Shown here: positions 60,801 to 64,000 of the stretch, piece by piece
Layout of the letters: each line of letters opens with the position of its first letter
How positions within the stretch are numbered: the stretch's first letter is position 1
Assembly: GCA_050273025.1 (NCBI GenBank)
Contig: CP158635.1
Location: 4,526,001 to 4,590,000, forward strand
Direction: 5' to 3'
From: Cenococcum geophilum
Lineage: Eukaryota
DNA length: 64,000 bases
Translations under genes and position numbers: made by a program
The notes under the pieces: generated by a model
What the model was told of the DNA's origin: nothing
What the model saw: only the letters and a program-made list of their open reading frames with translations
Databases searched by the model: none

Positions 60801-63800
60801 TTAGATATATAGGGGACTGGTATAAATTATTAATATATATAACCCTAGGGTTAAAGGGGTCCTATAAATAAAGAATATTATATTAGTAATAAGCTTACTA
60901 GAAACTAAAGGTATAAAGTTTATCCTACTAGAAGATATAAACCTCTACTACCTATAGTAAGGGGGTATCTATATTACTGCTAATTAATAGGTAGAGTGCC
61001 TATTAAGAGCTATAGACACCTAGGGCCTTAAGTTAATTACCCCCCTAAGAGCAACTATATAGTAATAAGGAACCTCCAAAAGTATAATTAACCTTATATT
61101 TATAGACAAAGGCCTATACTAGAGACTTAAAAGGTATAACCCTAAAAAAAATAGGCACTTACCTTAGACTATATCCCTATCTAAATATAGCTAGATTTAG
61201 ATATTAAAGCGTAACTAAATAGTAAAAGATACGCAATAAGGAAGCTTAAAATAGACAGTTTCCTTAATATAGTTAAACAATAACTCTAAGACCTAGAAGA
61301 AATCTACCTAATTCTAAATAAGTAAGGCTTATTAGCTACCCCTAAGGAAATTAACTAAAGACTAGAAAGGATCTAGGCAGTAATTAAAAATAGGCTAGAA
61401 GAGTACTACCCGGTCTTAAAAGCGGGCCCCTATACGCAATATGTATAGTCCGTATAATACGCGGTTTTTATTACTAGCTAATAATAAGCAAGAAGGAAAT
61501 ATATAAGTAGCTATAACCCTAAAGACGAGAGATAATATAAAGATATAAGAAACTAGTTAAAGAATACCCTAAAGAAAGAAGTAAGGAATAACTAGAGACG
61601 GTTTATAAATAAGTATACTTTTAACTTAAGCCTCCCCTATAATAAGGGCCTTTAGGCTATAGCAAAATGGGTAAAAAAAAAAGGCAGGGTAATTAGTAGA
61701 AGACTTATACCTACCGCCCCTATAAAGAGTAGGGGAATTATAGGCTACTAATAACAACGATAAGAAGGCAAAAATCCTTATAGAAAGGTTCTTCCCTTAA
61801 CTAGCTTTAGTAGACCTTAGTAATATTACGGGTAAAACACCAGTAACTCGCCTAAGGGTTAACAGCAATATAATAATAGAGGAAATAGCTAGAACTATTA
61901 GCCGCCTTTTAAATAATATAGTATTAGAACTAAATAGGATTCTAAATAAGGCCTTAAAAACTTATAGACCACTTATAGCACCTTAGCTTATAGATATAGC
62001 CAGGGCACACTTTGCCGTAGGCTACTACCCGCGACTTAGAAGATCTATAACGACGGTTATTCTACGTAAAGAAGATAAAGTAGATTACTTAATCCTAGGA
62101 AGCTACCGCCCTATTACCTTAAAAAACACCCTTAGTAAGATTTTAAAAAAGGTAATAGTGGACTATATAGTAGATACGGCTAAGAAATATAACCTATTAC
62201 TATAAAGCTAAATAGGGGCAAGAAAGAACCGCTTAACACTATTAACACTTACGCTACTCGCTACTACTATTAAATCCGCATAGGCGATATAAAGGGACTT
62301 TATAGTATTAATACTTAGCCTAAATATTAGCGGCGCTTACAATAATATACCCTATAAGCGTCTCCTATATATTATTAGGGCAAAAGGCTTCCTAAAATAG
62401 ATTATATAATTTATTTAAGGGTTTATAGGTTAAAAAGAAATATTATTAGTCTTTAGCGGATATCAGAGCCCCTATATTATAGTTACAACAGGAATACTAT
62501 AAGGATTACCCCTCTTACCTATACTCTTCCTTTTCTTTATAAGTAACCTACTTAACTTCTTTAAAAAAGGGGCGACCTAGGGGATAGGCTTTATTAATAA
62601 TATAAACCTAATTATATACGGGCTAATAGCCGCAAAGAATTATAGAATACAAAAAAAGCTTATAATACCTATATAAAATAGGTAAGACAATATAGAGTCT
62701 AATTCTCACTAGAGATATACTAGCTAATTTACTTTATAAGAAAATATAACTAATCTATAGATCTCTAGCATATAATTTATATCTAAGGCTTTAGGGGTTA
62801 ACCAGTTTAGGGCCTAAGGGTATTAGGAGTATAGGTAGATAATAAGCTCTAGTAGAGCGCTTATACGGCGCAAGCGGCCTATAAGGGCTAAGTATAGTAT
62901 ATCGCATTATCTAGGATTATTAATTCTATATAGGGTCTATGCTTTTAGAGGTTACGCCTACTATATATAGCAGTTGTCTAGCCAACCATAATATATAGGT
63001 CCAGTATTTAGGCCATAGGAGAATCTAAGAAAGGCCCCCTTAAATCGCTCCTTAAACTACTCTAAAAGGTTAAAATAGCCTACTTTTAGAGTATAATAGG
63101 CGGATATAAGCGAACGGCTACAGTACTGCTTAAAAAGGAAGCTAATATTCCCCCCCTATATCTATATATTAAAGCCGCTGTAATATAAAAGGCGTAAAAT
63201 AAATATAACTTTAATATTATAAAGTATATTAAGACACGCCTAAATAAACTATAGAGGGACCTTAGGGCGCCCTATAGGAGAATAAACTAATAACCCTAAA
63301 GTAGGGAAAATATATTAGAGAAATAGGTAAAGAAAGTAGAAGAAGAATAGTGCTACTTTAGGGCCTAGGCCTATATAGAGGAGAAAGGGAGACGCGTAAG
63401 AGGCTAGTAAAGATAATAGTAAGAGAGAGAAAGGAGCTAAAGTAGAGTATAAAAGAATGCTAGGAAACTATCTACCGTAATATAATACTGGCTAAACTAA
63501 CGCTAGAGAGGTGTATAGGAGTTAAAGGTATAGAGGCTAACTAAGGTAAGAGGAATCTAAGCTATAGCATAGTTAACGCTATAGGGGGTAAATACTTTAG
63601 GGCTCCGAGAAGGCCTAATAAAGGCAGAAAATATAATAGTAATACTCTTAAGAATAGGAATAATAGGACTAAAAAACTAGCTCTACTAGGTGGGTATTCT
63701 AGTAAGTAGCCTAAGATGTAAATATAGCTGGCTAAGATAGATACCAAAATATATAATACTATTATACCCCTTACACACTAACTAAGAAGTAATACTCTTA

Positions 63801-63950
63801 GTAGCTAGTATAGAGAACTATAATACACTACTCTTAATATAAAAAGGCCTTAAGGCGGTTACCTAGTAGCTTATTAGCTAAAATATATTAAGCTAGTTTT
63901 GGGTTATAAAGAAAATAGTAATAGAGGGTGGGGGGGTAAGTAATAGGCGC
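51860..63950 (+). mobile_element. Tad1-like LINE retrotransposon interrupted by an LTR element
   Basis: ORF1 remnant from ~52100 resumes at 59074 (zinc-knuckle region ~59800-59990). ORF2 has an APE endonuclease II(Q)YNCGN ~60535, RT with GSYRPI.L.NTL.K ~62100, QGSPLSPILFLFF-like ~62500 and GF.(DD) ~62590, and a C-terminal C.C...Q..KH motif ~63720. Ends approximate. Confidence 0.85.
52262..59073 (-). mobile_element. full-length Ty3/gypsy chromovirus LTR retrotransposon (RIP-inactivated)
   Basis: 225-bp LTRs 52262-52486 and 58849-59073, 5-bp TSD TCTAA, PPT at 52489-52500. Gag from ~58797, RT ORF remnant 56308-56499 (LYIDYRRLNKITIKNRYPLP), RNase H ~55660, integrase ~54700-54000, chromodomain YLIK(W)LGW ~53520. 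Confidence 0.92.
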
Positions 63951-64000
63951 CCCCTAATAACTCTATAGTGGTAGAGTAAGGTTTATAATACTAGCGCGTC

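Larger units (their letters stand above)
14400..64000. other. RIP-mutated, AT-rich transposon block
   Basis: Abrupt switch to TpA-rich, CpA/TpG-poor sequence. TE ORFs are riddled with TAA/TAG at Gln/Trp positions, and paired LTRs differ mostly by C>T/G>A. Confidence 0.95.

Overview
Filamentous ascomycete (Pezizomycotina-type) genomic DNA in two compartments; the species cannot be determined from the window. Bases 1-14.4 kb are gene-rich: the 3' part of GPI16/PIG-T, a decayed 4,5-dihydroxyphthalate-decarboxylase-like gene, a head-to-head TRM7/MAK5 pair, small inverted-repeat elements, a DUF985 cupin gene, a hidden 3-exon 66-aa gene and, divergent from it, a 7-exon CorA-like membrane protein gene. 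From ~14.4 kb to the end is an AT/TpA-rich, RIP-mutated nest of transposons. It holds three full-length Ty3/gypsy elements, a pol-less derivative of one of them, a solo LTR, truncated LTR elements, a TIR element with minisatellites and a Tad1-like LINE. The top candidate for a new system is the 10.6-kb Ylt1-like gypsy element (37071-47711, minus strand). Downstream of pol it carries a ~966-codon third ORF with HxD...H...R motifs of a PhyH-like 2OG-Fe(II) dioxygenase. That ORF is preceded by a CCAAT/dyad module that recurs in three other LTR elements in the window. All TE protein readings were made by eye, treating TAA/TAG/TGA stops as probable RIP or other C>T transition damage; no database searches were run.
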